DNA from: an uncultured Phycisphaerales bacterium
GTDB lineage: Bacteria > Planctomycetota > Phycisphaerae > Sedimentisphaerales > Anaerobacaceae
Direction of reading: 5' to 3'
Assembly (NCBI GenBank): GCA_963718665.1
Contig: OY970359.1
Coordinates: forward strand, 1,600,001 to 1,664,000
Length of the DNA stretch: 64,000 nucleotides
Made by a program: the position numbers and the translations under genes. Within the stretch, counting starts at the first letter, position 1, and every line of letters starts with the position of its first letter. The notes under the pieces were generated by a model that saw only the letters and a program-made list of their open reading frames with translations, searched no databases and was not told where the DNA came from. This document shows, piece after piece, positions 41,552 through 51,324 of this stretch.

Positions 41552-42103
41552 TTATTTGAATAAACCGCGGATAAAGTTTTTCTCCTGCTCGGTAAGCTGT
41601 CCACATTTAATTTTTGCGGCTTCGGCGAGAACCTGTTCGAGGGTATTCTGCCGATTTTTGGCGAGCCATACGGCGGCAAGTACCGCGACACGGCCTTCGC
41701 CTTTGCCATCATGGACCAACACGGGAAGGTTTTCCTTGTCAGCTATTATATCGAGGAATTTTTGCTGCATATTCGCGTCGGGGAAATGAGCAGGGTCGTT
41801 TACGTTTCTTTCCAGCGGCATCTCGAAGTATTTGACGCTGTTGCTTCGGACCCAGGTCATTTCCTCACTGTACCAGTTTTGTTCGCGATGTTCAGCGGGC
41901 GAGCGGAGGTTGATGATTGTGCCGATGTGATACTTGTAAAGCAATCGGGTGTAGTCCATACCTCTGGGCTGGCCGCTTGTATAAAGGATACCCGGGCTTA
42001 TACAATTTAAGTCGGCAATCCAGAAGTTTTCGACAAGCATCACGATTGCGCCGACGATAATTGCTATTGTTATAATGGTTCGCAAGGGACTTTTCTTTTT
42101 CAC
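41552..42103 (-). CDS. PTP-fold protein with Asp in place of the catalytic Cys
   Basis: YTSGQP, IINLR, VLVHDGKGEGR. Confidence 0.75.
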   Translation of the reverse strand: MKKKSPLRTIITIAIIVGAIVMLVENFWIADLNCISPGILYTSGQPRGMDYTRLLYKYHIGTIINLRSPAEHREQNWYSEEMTWVRSNSVKYFEMPLERNVNDPAHFPDANMQQKFLDIIADKENLPVLVHDGKGEGRVAVLAAVWLAKNRQNTLEQVLAEAAKIKCGQLTEQEKNFIRGLFK

Positions 42104-42108
42104 CTTTT

Positions 42109-43119
42109 TTACTCCGAGCCAAGCGTCTGGCGAGTGTAAATTTTTTTGACCGAATAAATTTTTCTGTCTGTGGATTCAAAATAAACCCTGCTGACCATTT
42201 CGCCAATGAGTCCGGTGGCGATAAAGACGGTTCCTACCATAAGCAGGACCGCGGCAAGACCTGCCATTGGGCCGTGCGCGACGAAGACAGGAACTTTGTA
42301 GTATAGTTTATCGAAGAGGATATAGCCGGCCATAAGGATACTTGCGAGGACGCAATAGAATGCGGCTCTGCCGAAGAAATGCAGGGGTTTTGTGAGGTAG
42401 CCGAGGAGGAAGCGAAGGGTAATTAAATCAAAGACGACCCTGAAGGTTCTGCCGATTCCATAGTTGCTTGAGCCGGATGGCCTTACGATATTAGTAATTG
42501 GTATTTCGATTATTTTTGCACCGCTTTGGCTGAGCAGCGCGGGGATGAAGCGGTGCATTTCGCCGTAGAGGTGGAGTTGCTCTATTATTTCGCGGCGGTA
42601 TGCCTTGAAGGTTGTGCCAAAGTCGTGGATGTCAACGCCGGAGATTTTTGAAGCAAGCCAGTTTGCGGCCCTTGAGGGGATTTTTCGCATAACGAGGTTA
42701 TCGACTCGGTTTTTTCGCCAGCCGCTGACGACATCGTAACCCTCGTTGAGCTTTTCGAGGAAAATTGGTATTTCTTCGGGCAGGTGCTGGAGGTCGCCAT
42801 CCATTGAGATGATGATTTGTCCCCGCGCGATATCGAAGCCGGCGGCGAGGGCGGGCGTCTGGCCAAAGTTGCGTCGAAGCTCTACGGCGAGAACTTTGCT
42901 GTCTTTGGAGGCGATTGCTTTAAGGAGCTGAAGCGTGTTGTCCGAACTGCCGTCGTCGATAAAGATAAGCTCGTAGTAAAGACCTGTCGCGGTGAGCGTT
43001 TTGGTCAGGCGGTCGTAAAGCTCCTGCACGACGGCTGATTCGTTGTAGAGCGGCACTACGACAGAGCAATCGATAGTCGGGTTCCTTGAGGATTGCGGTT
43101 GTTTTTCAAAGTTGGCCAT
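42109..43119 (-). CDS. GT2 polyprenyl-phosphate glycosyltransferase (ArnC/GtrB-like)
   Basis: VVPLYNE, IDDGSSD, RRNFGQ, MDGDLQ, YGEMHRFIP, two C-terminal TMs. Confidence 0.9.
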   Translation of the reverse strand: MANFEKQPQSSRNPTIDCSVVVPLYNESAVVQELYDRLTKTLTATGLYYELIFIDDGSSDNTLQLLKAIASKDSKVLAVELRRNFGQTPALAAGFDIARGQIIISMDGDLQHLPEEIPIFLEKLNEGYDVVSGWRKNRVDNLVMRKIPSRAANWLASKISGVDIHDFGTTFKAYRREIIEQLHLYGEMHRFIPALLSQSGAKIIEIPITNIVRPSGSSNYGIGRTFRVVFDLITLRFLLGYLTKPLHFFGRAAFYCVLASILMAGYILFDKLYYKVPVFVAHGPMAGLAAVLLMVGTVFIATGLIGEMVSRVYFESTDRKIYSVKKIYTRQTLGSE

Positions 43120-43963
43120 AGTTTATCAGTTTTATACCTGCTTCATTGAAAGATTGTTTTGTTTTTTCACTGCAAAGGGCCTCAATCTCGATTTCACGCT
43201 GTTTGACCAAACGGGTCCGGGTTGCGTCAAGGTCATAGGTATATCCCGGGTGCGTCATTACTTCTGCTGTCGAGGCGATATTATACAGTGAAACAGCCCG
43301 CATAAAAGCGGTATTTATTTTTCCGACGTGGTTGACGCCTAAGAGCCAATCGGTTTTGAAGAACGCGGAATTTTGGAAGCGGTTGATTTTTGCCATTGTT
43401 CGTATGAGCGACGCTCGTTTTCTGCTTTCGCGGTCGGTTAAGGGCCAGGGTAATTGGCTCACCTGTTTCGGTTCGAAGGTATAGCGAATCGCGGGAATGC
43501 TAAAGCGTTTTGCCAATCGGCAGACAATCGGGAATATGGAGGGGAAGGAATGAATATGTTTATGCGAATCGAGGTGTGTTGGTTTTATGCCTTTGTCGAT
43601 TAGCCACTGAATCTGGGAGGCCAGCTCGGTTTCGATGGCGGTTCGGACTTTGCCGGTTATGAGGGACGCGAGCGTCAACTTACCCGGCGATAAAGCGAAA
43701 CATCCCTGCGAGTCGAGGATTAGTTTTACGGTGTTATCCCGGCAGAGGGGTTTTCCTGCGGTGAGGTTAAGATGGACGCCGAGGCCGAGGGTTGGCAGAT
43801 TTTTGGCTAATTCGACGGCCTGTTCGGCGGCGGGCATATTGGCCATAATGGTTGTGCTTGTCAGGACACCTTTGGTGTGTGCCTCGACAATTCCTTTGTT
43901 GACGCTTTCGCAAAACCCGAAGTCGTCAGCGTTTATTATTAGTCGTCGTTCCATTGCGGGCAA
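43106..43963 (-). CDS. YdjC/ChbG/HpnK-family deacetylase
   Basis: LIINADDFG, GVHLNLT, HLDSHKH, EVMTHPG. Confidence 0.92.
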   Translation of the reverse strand: MPAMERRLIINADDFGFCESVNKGIVEAHTKGVLTSTTIMANMPAAEQAVELAKNLPTLGLGVHLNLTAGKPLCRDNTVKLILDSQGCFALSPGKLTLASLITGKVRTAIETELASQIQWLIDKGIKPTHLDSHKHIHSFPSIFPIVCRLAKRFSIPAIRYTFEPKQVSQLPWPLTDRESRKRASLIRTMAKINRFQNSAFFKTDWLLGVNHVGKINTAFMRAVSLYNIASTAEVMTHPGYTYDLDATRTRLVKQREIEIEALCSEKTKQSFNEAGIKLINYGQL

Positions 43964-43992
43964 GTTTAAGGTGGCTTCGTATCGTCGTCAAC

Positions 43993-44940
43993 TTATTTGG
44001 CGAAGTAGAAGCGACTGATGATGAAGCCGATGGCGAGGGCGAGACAGCCGATGAAATGGAGGAGAATGGTAATTGCGCAGGCGCGATGCTGGGTAGGGCC
44101 TGGGGTGGAGATGTTGTGAACATTGACGAAGTTTATAGCGGCTACAGAGGCGGGCAGGCCAAAGAGGAAATACAGAAGCAAAGGCCAGGTCATAACTCTG
44201 CCGACAAAGACGCCCGCGACCATAATCACAAACGTGCTTATCACGGCGATTCGGTAAATCTGCACGCCGACGGGGATGCTGAGGAGGACGACGAGGGTTT
44301 TCTTATTGACGGCGGCATCGGCGGGCAGGTCAGGAAATTCATTTATGAGAATTATGAGGAGAATCAGGATGCCGACGACACAGGCGGCGGGCAGTGGTGT
44401 AATGCTGATTAAACCGGTTTGGAGATAGTAAGAGCCATAGACGGGGAAGATACCGAAGAGAAAGGCGATAGCGATTTCGCCGACACCACGATAGCCGAGT
44501 TTGACCGGCGGCGCGGTGTAGAAAAATCCGCCGAGCAGGCCTATGAGGCCGAGGATTAAAATGAACCAGCTGCGAGTCATATACAGGATGACCAAGCCGA
44601 GCGATACGCCGAGGGCGAGGCAAAAAATTGATGCGGCCAGCGTTGCCTTCGGCGAGAGGATATTTTGCTGGATGAATTGTCTGCCGCCTGAGAATGGAGT
44701 GACGTTTTTGTTGAGCCAGTCGTTGCCGGAAAGGGAGTCGAAGTAGTCGTTGGCGATATTTGCGCCAGCGTGCAGGGCCATCATGCTGAATAATGCCAGC
44801 AGAAACAGGGGCCAGTGGAATGTGCCCATAACCGCGAAGCCGAGAGCCGAGCCGACGGGAACGGGGCTGATGCTCGCGGTGAGAAACTGCGGCCTCGATG
44901 CGAGAAATAAAATTGTCAGATTTTTCCGGTTAAGAGCCAT
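43993..44940 (-). CDS. menA: UbiA-family prenyltransferase (MenA-like)
   Basis: NIANDYFD, FSGG, YTAPP.KLGYRG, NEFPD...D...KKTL. Confidence 0.8.
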   Translation of the reverse strand: MALNRKNLTILFLASRPQFLTASISPVPVGSALGFAVMGTFHWPLFLLALFSMMALHAGANIANDYFDSLSGNDWLNKNVTPFSGGRQFIQQNILSPKATLAASIFCLALGVSLGLVILYMTRSWFILILGLIGLLGGFFYTAPPVKLGYRGVGEIAIAFLFGIFPVYGSYYLQTGLISITPLPAACVVGILILLIILINEFPDLPADAAVNKKTLVVLLSIPVGVQIYRIAVISTFVIMVAGVFVGRVMTWPLLLYFLFGLPASVAAINFVNVHNISTPGPTQHRACAITILLHFIGCLALAIGFIISRFYFAK

Positions 44941-45157
44941 AAGATTGAATGGTTTACTTTAAATAACAGTTTTGCGGGTTAATTATGCTGATTAGCGGCG
45001 TTTTTACAAGATTATTGGCGTGATGGATATTTTGAATTTTAATCAAATTTTAAGCGGGTGCTAATCTGCCGGTAACGCAAAATGTTTAAACACGTTATCG
45101 GTGAAAGTCACAATAGGTTGGTCTTGTTGACGAACCTGTAATAATAAGACGTCAATA

Positions 45158-45295
45158 GCTCTTCCTGGGGTGGCAGCTGGCGCTAAGACTCCTAAGTCCG
45201 GCGCACTGGATTCGGAAGATGCTTTGCGAATGGCGGCGCTGAAAAGTGCTCGTCGGCCGGTTGAAGACGTATAAGGCCGCGAGCCGGAGGGTGAT
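45158..45295 (+). ncRNA. Candidate structured non-coding RNA (long hairpin with internal bubbles, 6S-like)
   Basis: GC-rich island in an AT-rich gap; nested pairings found by eye; hairpin follows; family and strand not confirmed. Confidence 0.35.
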
Positions 45296-45296
45296 A

Positions 45297-45330
45297 GGGC
45301 GATACGGCCCTGAATGTGCCGTATCGCCCA
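45297..45330. terminator. Stem-loop downstream of miaA and of the candidate ncRNA
   Basis: GGGCGATACGGC-N9-GCCGTATCGCCC; no clear U-tract. Confidence 0.55.
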
Positions 45331-45346
45331 TAGCCGCCACGCATTT

Positions 45347-46273
45347 CTATGTTATTTTCAATATCTCTTTTGCGCGGGTGAGTACAGAATCAACGGTTTC
45401 ATCGGTGGCGAGGTCGAGGGAGTGGACGTTTTTGAAGGTTTTAAACCATGTTCGCTGCGCCTTGGCGAGTTTTCGGGTGTTTTTCTTGATTAGTTCAATT
45501 GCATCGTCGAGAGTTATTTGGCCTGCGAGGTGGTTTATTATTTCAGCGTAGCCGATGGCGGAGCGGGCCTGTTTGCTGAGCGGTTTTGGTTCAGCGAGGA
45601 GCTGTTTAACCTCATCGACTAGGCTGGCGTCAATCATCTTTTTTACTCTTGTGTTGATGCGTTTGTTTTCCTCGGATTTTTCCCTTCGTAAGCCGATGAT
45701 TATCCAGTCCTGCGAAGCGTTTGTGTCCCACTGCTGCTGAAAGGCAGAGATGGGTTTGCCGGTTAGTTTATACACCTCAATGGCACGGATGATGCGTCTT
45801 GGGTCGTTGGCGCTGATTTTGGCGGCGGCAGCGGGGTCGATTTTTTGAAGCTGGGCGTAAAGTTTGCCGAGGCCTTCGGCTTGTGCCTGTGCTTTGAGTT
45901 CCTCGCGGATTTGTTCATCGGCACCGGGGCCTTCAAACAGGCCGTAGAGGAGCGATTTGATGTAGAGGGCTGTGCCGCCAACCGCGACGACGGGTTTGCC
46001 ACGTTTTTTTATGTCGTCGATAGATTCTATAGCCAGTTCGAGGAATCGAGCGACACTGAATGAGTCGCCGGGTTCGACGACGTCGATGAGATGATAGGGA
46101 ATCTGGTCGAGGTTTTCTTTTGGGGGTTTGGCGGTGCCGATATCCATTCGGCGATAGACCTTCATCGAGTCGATGCTGATAATTTCAGCGCCGAGAGATT
46201 TTGCCAGGGCGAAGGCGAGTTTGCCTTTGCCTGAAGCGGTGACGCCAAGAATAAGAATCATTTTGGGGTTCAT
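45347..46273 (-). CDS. miaA: tRNA dimethylallyltransferase
   Basis: GVTASGK, DSMKVYRRMDIGTAKP, VGGTALY, AIGY. Confidence 0.96.
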   Translation of the reverse strand: MNPKMILILGVTASGKGKLAFALAKSLGAEIISIDSMKVYRRMDIGTAKPPKENLDQIPYHLIDVVEPGDSFSVARFLELAIESIDDIKKRGKPVVAVGGTALYIKSLLYGLFEGPGADEQIREELKAQAQAEGLGKLYAQLQKIDPAAAAKISANDPRRIIRAIEVYKLTGKPISAFQQQWDTNASQDWIIIGLRREKSEENKRINTRVKKMIDASLVDEVKQLLAEPKPLSKQARSAIGYAEIINHLAGQITLDDAIELIKKNTRKLAKAQRTWFKTFKNVHSLDLATDETVDSVLTRAKEILKIT

Positions 46274-46353
46274 AATTTTTTATCGAAGCCCCGCGGGGCG
46301 AGTGTATAATACGGTTTTTGGGATTGTAACGCAACGTTTCCGGGGCTGGTGTT

Positions 46354-47259
46354 ATGAAGTCAGACAGTGAAATGCAAAGACGGTTTGAGAGGGACCTGGA
46401 GCGCAAGGTCAAGTTGGTTAATAGGACGCTTGGCTGGATTTTGTCGCGGAGGGATTTAATCAGCAAAGAGCTTAGGGGGCCGGTTCGTTACGCGTTAATG
46501 GGACCGGGCAAGCGCATACGCTCTGCGATAGTGTTGTGGTGCTGCGAAATGATAAGCGGGAAGGTTAATCGCGACGCGGAGATAGCTGCGGCGGCGATAG
46601 AGATGGTTCATACGTATTCGCTGATACACGATGATTTGCCGGCGATGGATGACGATGATTATCGACGGGGTCGGCTGACGTGTCATAAGAAATTTGACGA
46701 GGCGACGGCGATACTTGCGGGGGACGGGTTGCTGACGCTGGCGTTTGAGGTGCTGGCGAAGGAAATAAAAAATCCTGCGACGGCTGCGCGGCTGGTTGGC
46801 GAGCTTGCGGAGACGGCGGGGTCTGCGGGAATGGTGGCGGGACAAATGGCGGACCTTGATTTTGAAAACAAAAGCGTTGATGAGAAGATGCTGCGATACA
46901 TTCACACCAACAAGACGGCAAAGATGTTCCGCTGTGCCGCTGTTATGGGTGGGATATGTGGAGGGGCCAACGAGAAACAATTGAAGCGGCTGCGGGAATA
47001 CGGATTAAAGATAGGACTTGGGTTCCAGATAGCAGACGACATACTTGACGTGTGCGGGACGAGCAAACAATTGGGCAAGACCAGCGGCAAAGACGCAAGG
47101 CAGGGAAAGCAAACGTATCCTGCGGTGGTGGGGCTTGAGAAGTCGAGAAAATTGGCTGAGAAGATTGCCGATGAGGCGGTTGCTGCGTTAAAGCCCTTTG
47201 GTGAAAAAGCGGAGACGCTTCGCCGGCTTGTTGAGACGCTTTTGAACAGGACGAAATAA
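46354..47259 (+). CDS. ispA: Short-chain polyprenyl (farnesyl) diphosphate synthase
   Basis: GKRIR, SLIHDDLPAMDDDDYRRG, FQIADD, LGKTSGKD. Confidence 0.9.
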   Translation: MKSDSEMQRRFERDLERKVKLVNRTLGWILSRRDLISKELRGPVRYALMGPGKRIRSAIVLWCCEMISGKVNRDAEIAAAAIEMVHTYSLIHDDLPAMDDDDYRRGRLTCHKKFDEATAILAGDGLLTLAFEVLAKEIKNPATAARLVGELAETAGSAGMVAGQMADLDFENKSVDEKMLRYIHTNKTAKMFRCAAVMGGICGGANEKQLKRLREYGLKIGLGFQIADDILDVCGTSKQLGKTSGKDARQGKQTYPAVVGLEKSRKLAEKIADEAVAALKPFGEKAETLRRLVETLLNRTK

Positions 47260-47785
47260 AAACTCCAAACACCAAATCCTAAATCCGCCTTCGCCGATGC
47301 TCCGGCGGACAAGTCCCAAACCCTCCCCAAGGCGAGGTCTCGCCCGCCTCGACTCGCCTCAGCGAGGCCGGGCTGAAGGCGGACAAGCACCAATTAATAA
47401 AATTCAAATCTCAAACGGCTGACGCCTGGGGGAACAGCATTATCGATACTGATAACGGGGTTGGGGGATAAGGTTTTTCGGCAATTTTGGGTGAGGGATT
47501 TTGACTCATAAAAAATTAAAGGAGTTGTCGATGAGACAAACAGAACTATGGGAGCTTGATTATGGAAGTGCTGATGTCGCCTATAGGGCTGGTAATGGTG
47601 GTTATAAACCTCTCGCTACCGGCGGGTTTGGCTGGCGGGAAGGTAGTTTTTGAATATACAGAAGATTCACAGGTTTTTTGGAATTTTTATGGAGCGAGTC
47701 ATTTGGTTTACAGAATACGACCTCCGCCGAGGCCTCCTTAGGTAAGTTGAACTCGTAAGTTTAAAGCTGTTTTTGCGAACAAACG

Positions 47786-47826
47786 GGCCATCCTTCGAAG
47801 TAAATCAGGGTGGCCTTTTTATTTTG
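47786..47826 (+). terminator. Intrinsic terminator
   Basis: GGCCATCCT...AGGGTGGCC followed by TTTTTATTTT. Confidence 0.6.
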
Positions 47827-47898
47827 TCACAAATCAGAGGACAGATGACAGAAGACAGAGGGCAGGCCATATCCGTCCCTGGTTTTCTGTCTTCAGTT

Positions 47899-49736
47899 TT
47901 AGTCGGTGCTGTAGTCGTGCCAGCCGGCGGGAGCGGGGATATATTTGCCGGATAACCAGATATCGCCCGGCAGTATGCCCGACATCAGCCGGGTATCGAT
48001 GTAATATTGTTTAATATAACCATCAGAGCCGAGGTGGCCTACGACGCCTCTAACGACTTCAGTGATACTGCCGTGGACGACGAGATAATCCTGCGGGCTG
48101 GAGTAAACCCTTCTGCCGTTTGATGTATTAACGTTTTCCGCACCCCATCCGCCGCCGCCAACTGTCATTGCGGCCTCGACGATGGTTGGGTCGGAAAGAT
48201 ATCGGCCTGTGTACCCTGGTTTTTTGATTCCAATTGGCCGATAAGTGTATCCAGCGTAGCTTGGAGGTGTAGCAGGTGCCTGTCCCGGGTCAACGACTTT
48301 TATTACGCCCTGAGCGATAAGGCCGAGGACGTTAGTATTTGTCGCGCTGGGAATGCCGTTTGGGTCGAGGCTGGTGTCGTGAGGTCCATCAACTTTTATC
48401 GAATCGGCTATCCAAATATTACCTGTGGCGACGACGGTCATTGTGCCATTGACGACCATATTATTGATGTCGGTAAAGTTCGCGTCTTCGCCACCACCGA
48501 TTACGACGTTGCCATTGACGTAGATTTGACCGCCGGGGCGCTTGTATAACCGCCGATGGTCTGGGTAACATAAGTATTCGTGATGGGAACAACAATACAG
48601 GGGTCGGAGGTTTTTTTATAGTGATAGGCATAAATACTGTATTGATGGAAACTCATTGGGTTGCTGCCTGAGACGATATTGTAATCTGAAGGTCCCGCGT
48701 TGGCTAATTGTACTATGCAGTTTGGGTCGATGCGAACCATTCCGATGCCGTTCTTGACGTAGAATTCGAGCTGGACGGCCGAGCATCTAGGATTTGAGAG
48801 GCCGCTGGGAGCGGTAGCATTGGGCGTAAATTGGTAGGCGGGGAGGGTGCTGTTTTTGAATCGAGTAACTTTGTCCTGGACGGCTGTCGCATCAGTGATG
48901 CGGACAGTTGGCTGGTCGAAAACTATTCCGCTTTGAAAGCATGACATAATGCCGGAGTATTTGTCGGTGCCGCCGGAGGTGTATCTGTCTTCGCCCATTT
49001 CGACTTGTTGCAGGAATGTCGGGGTGCCGCTTATGAAAATATCGGCAACGTCCGGGTTGTCGTTAGCTTTATTTATATGCAGAGGCATATCGATTACCTC
49101 ACCGCTGCCGAAGTACACCGGAGTCGTGGAGGATGACCCGGATGGGACCACGCAGGAGCCCATAGCCCAGCCACAGGTTTCCTGAACTACGTTTACGTCA
49201 ACGATTCTGGTGAATGAAGGTCTGCCGCTTATTCCTGTGGACTTTACTTCGAAGACAGGTTTCTGGCCGAGCCAGCCCTGGAAGTTAATCGTATAGCTGC
49301 AGGTTGCACTTCCGAAATTGAGGGAGCCGTTTTCGCTTCCTGCCTGGATAGCACCGAGGATATCTTCCTGCTGGCCCATCCAGAAGATAGCGCTTTCATA
49401 GCCGGCTTCAGCGGCGAGCATAGCTTCGGTCTCGGATTTGGTCAGGACGGCCTGGAGGCGGACTTGATAGTCGGACATATTGGAGCCAATAATGAGCGCC
49501 ATAAGAATCACGACGGCCATAAGGACCAGAAGCAGGACAAATCCTCCTTCTCTAAAGCTTCCGATTTTGTTCCGATACGCTACATTGGGACTATGCCGGA
49601 TGAATCGGAGGACAGGTCCATTACTTGTCGCTCGCCGCTCGTCGCTCGCAGAGGTCGAGTTACGGGTTGCGAGTTGCGTATTACGAATATGAAGTTTTAA
49701 GTATTGAGTATTCATAATTTGGCTCCTGTACCACAC
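47899..49736 (-). CDS. PilX-like minor pilin/pseudopilin-associated protein; apparent frameshift at 48535-48538
   Basis: GFVLLLVL TM, AMLAAEAG; adding one C joins GGYTSAP to GGQIYVNGNVVIGG and the 47899-48459 ORF. Confidence 0.72.
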
Positions 49737-50401
49737 TACTGTGGCCAGATGTTTCGGAGATAAGTCGCCGCGAGGAAAGTGTCTATTTTATTGTTTAGCG
49801 TATCATTAATGACCAAATTCATTCTGACACAGCCATTTCCATCACCGGCCAAATCTGTTGCGGTATGGCTAAATGCGACGCTTGTAACGTTATGGGCGAG
49901 GATGACGGTTGTTACGCCGTTTCCGGTTACCCTGTGTCCTGCGGCGTTGATGGCGCCACCAGTTGGGCCGCCGGTCGATGTGCCAAAGTCGACATTGAGC
50001 TGGCCGTTGTTGAGATAGAAGAAGGCATAACTGTCCGCGACGCTGGTTGGAGCCAGCATAGCGGAGGTAAGGTAGGTACTCCAGTATCTAAATTCAACGG
50101 CTTGGCCCGTCAGGGTTTCATCGGGTAGGGAGGCCGGTACGACCCGGGTGTAGGTTGTGTTGGAGCCACTGCCGGCGACGCTGTAAACATAGTAGTCCTT
50201 TTGATTGGATTTTCGTCCGAATGAGCCGAATGTGGTAATTGTGCCAATAGAATCGAGCCGGGAATTGGCGTCGGCGATATTGTAAGTTCTGTTCCAGCTT
50301 TGATACCCGCTTTGGACGAGCATCGCGACGGAGAGCATAACAATACAACTGACAACTGTTGCTGTCATGAGTTCAATCAGCGTAAATCCGTTTCTTTTCA
50401 T
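49736..50401 (-). CDS. Prepilin-type N-terminal cleavage/methylation protein (PilW-like)
   Basis: MKRNG-FTLIEL. Confidence 0.85.
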   Translation of the reverse strand: MKRNGFTLIELMTATVVSCIVMLSVAMLVQSGYQSWNRTYNIADANSRLDSIGTITTFGSFGRKSNQKDYYVYSVAGSGSNTTYTRVVPASLPDETLTGQAVEFRYWSTYLTSAMLAPTSVADSYAFFYLNNGQLNVDFGTSTGGPTGGAINAAGHRVTGNGVTTVILAHNVTSVAFSHTATDLAGDGNGCVRMNLVINDTLNNKIDTFLAATYLRNIWPQ

Positions 50402-50428
50402 AAATTTTTACTGATGACTCGGGACGAG

Positions 50429-50965
50429 TTATGCATCGAGCCTCACAAAAGTGGTAAAGGTCAGAGTAGGGTCTGAACTGCTGACAGTGCCAGGACTATA
50501 ATCTTTTCGCCAGCTTACAGTTATACTTAGTTGCTGAAGCGTTACCCCCGCAACCGTGTCGGGATTGGAGCCGCTGCTGACAGGGGCCAGTTGCTGGGCC
50601 AGTTGAATATAGAATGTCTGGTAGTCAATGGTGATTGTATAGTTTCCTTGAGTTACGAGCGTAAAACCCAGCCCCAGGGTATTAGGGTCGTAGGCGGAAT
50701 TGCCACCGGTGCTTTTCCAGTCCTCAAGCAGTAATTGGCCGAGACGAGTGGCGGCGGTCTGTGCTTCTGCCTGGCGGGCAGGGCTTGCACCGTTGTACTG
50801 AAAGTACATTGTACCCACGGCGACTATTATAACAATAGCCATAGAGAGCATTACTTCCACAATAGTGAATCCGTGGAGTCGTGAATTTTTGCGAGGGTTA
50901 TTCATCATAGTATTCATTGGTCGGCCTAAAAAATCTGGTGGTAACTGGCGTGTAAAACTACACAA
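50429..50965 (-). CDS. Prepilin-type N-terminal cleavage/methylation protein (PilV-like)
   Basis: HG-FTIVEVM; true start probably near 50905-50917. Confidence 0.83.
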   Translation of the reverse strand: MCSFTRQLPPDFLGRPMNTMMNNPRKNSRLHGFTIVEVMLSMAIVIIVAVGTMYFQYNGASPARQAEAQTAATRLGQLLLEDWKSTGGNSAYDPNTLGLGFTLVTQGNYTITIDYQTFYIQLAQQLAPVSSGSNPDTVAGVTLQQLSITVSWRKDYSPGTVSSSDPTLTFTTFVRLDA

Positions 50966-51324
50966 CCAGATTCTCCCAATCTAAAGTATTGCAGATATTT
51001 ATGTTATATCCAAGATACCTATGCAGTTTTACGCCGTATAAATCGGCATTTCTTATTGATGAGTTGATATAGGAAGCGTTTTGTTTGTCTTGCTGTTGGC
51101 TGTGCGATAAACGCTGATATTATAGGGTGTAATGCTGGTTTTTGGGAAAAGACCAAACAATATGAGGCATTTCGGGGTATATAGGCGAGTTAGGGGGATT
51201 TTTGTATAAGAGAAGGGATTTGCGAAGTAATTGGGGGGTGTTATAGCCGCAAAGATGGTCTGGGTTTGGTTGAAGTATTAGATAGAATGGTGTATAATCA
51301 AAGGTTTGTCTGAAATTGGGTTAA

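Noticed and set aside
51022..51037. Sigma54 promoter for the pilin genes (minus strand)
   Set aside because: GG-to-GC spacing is 9, not the required 10
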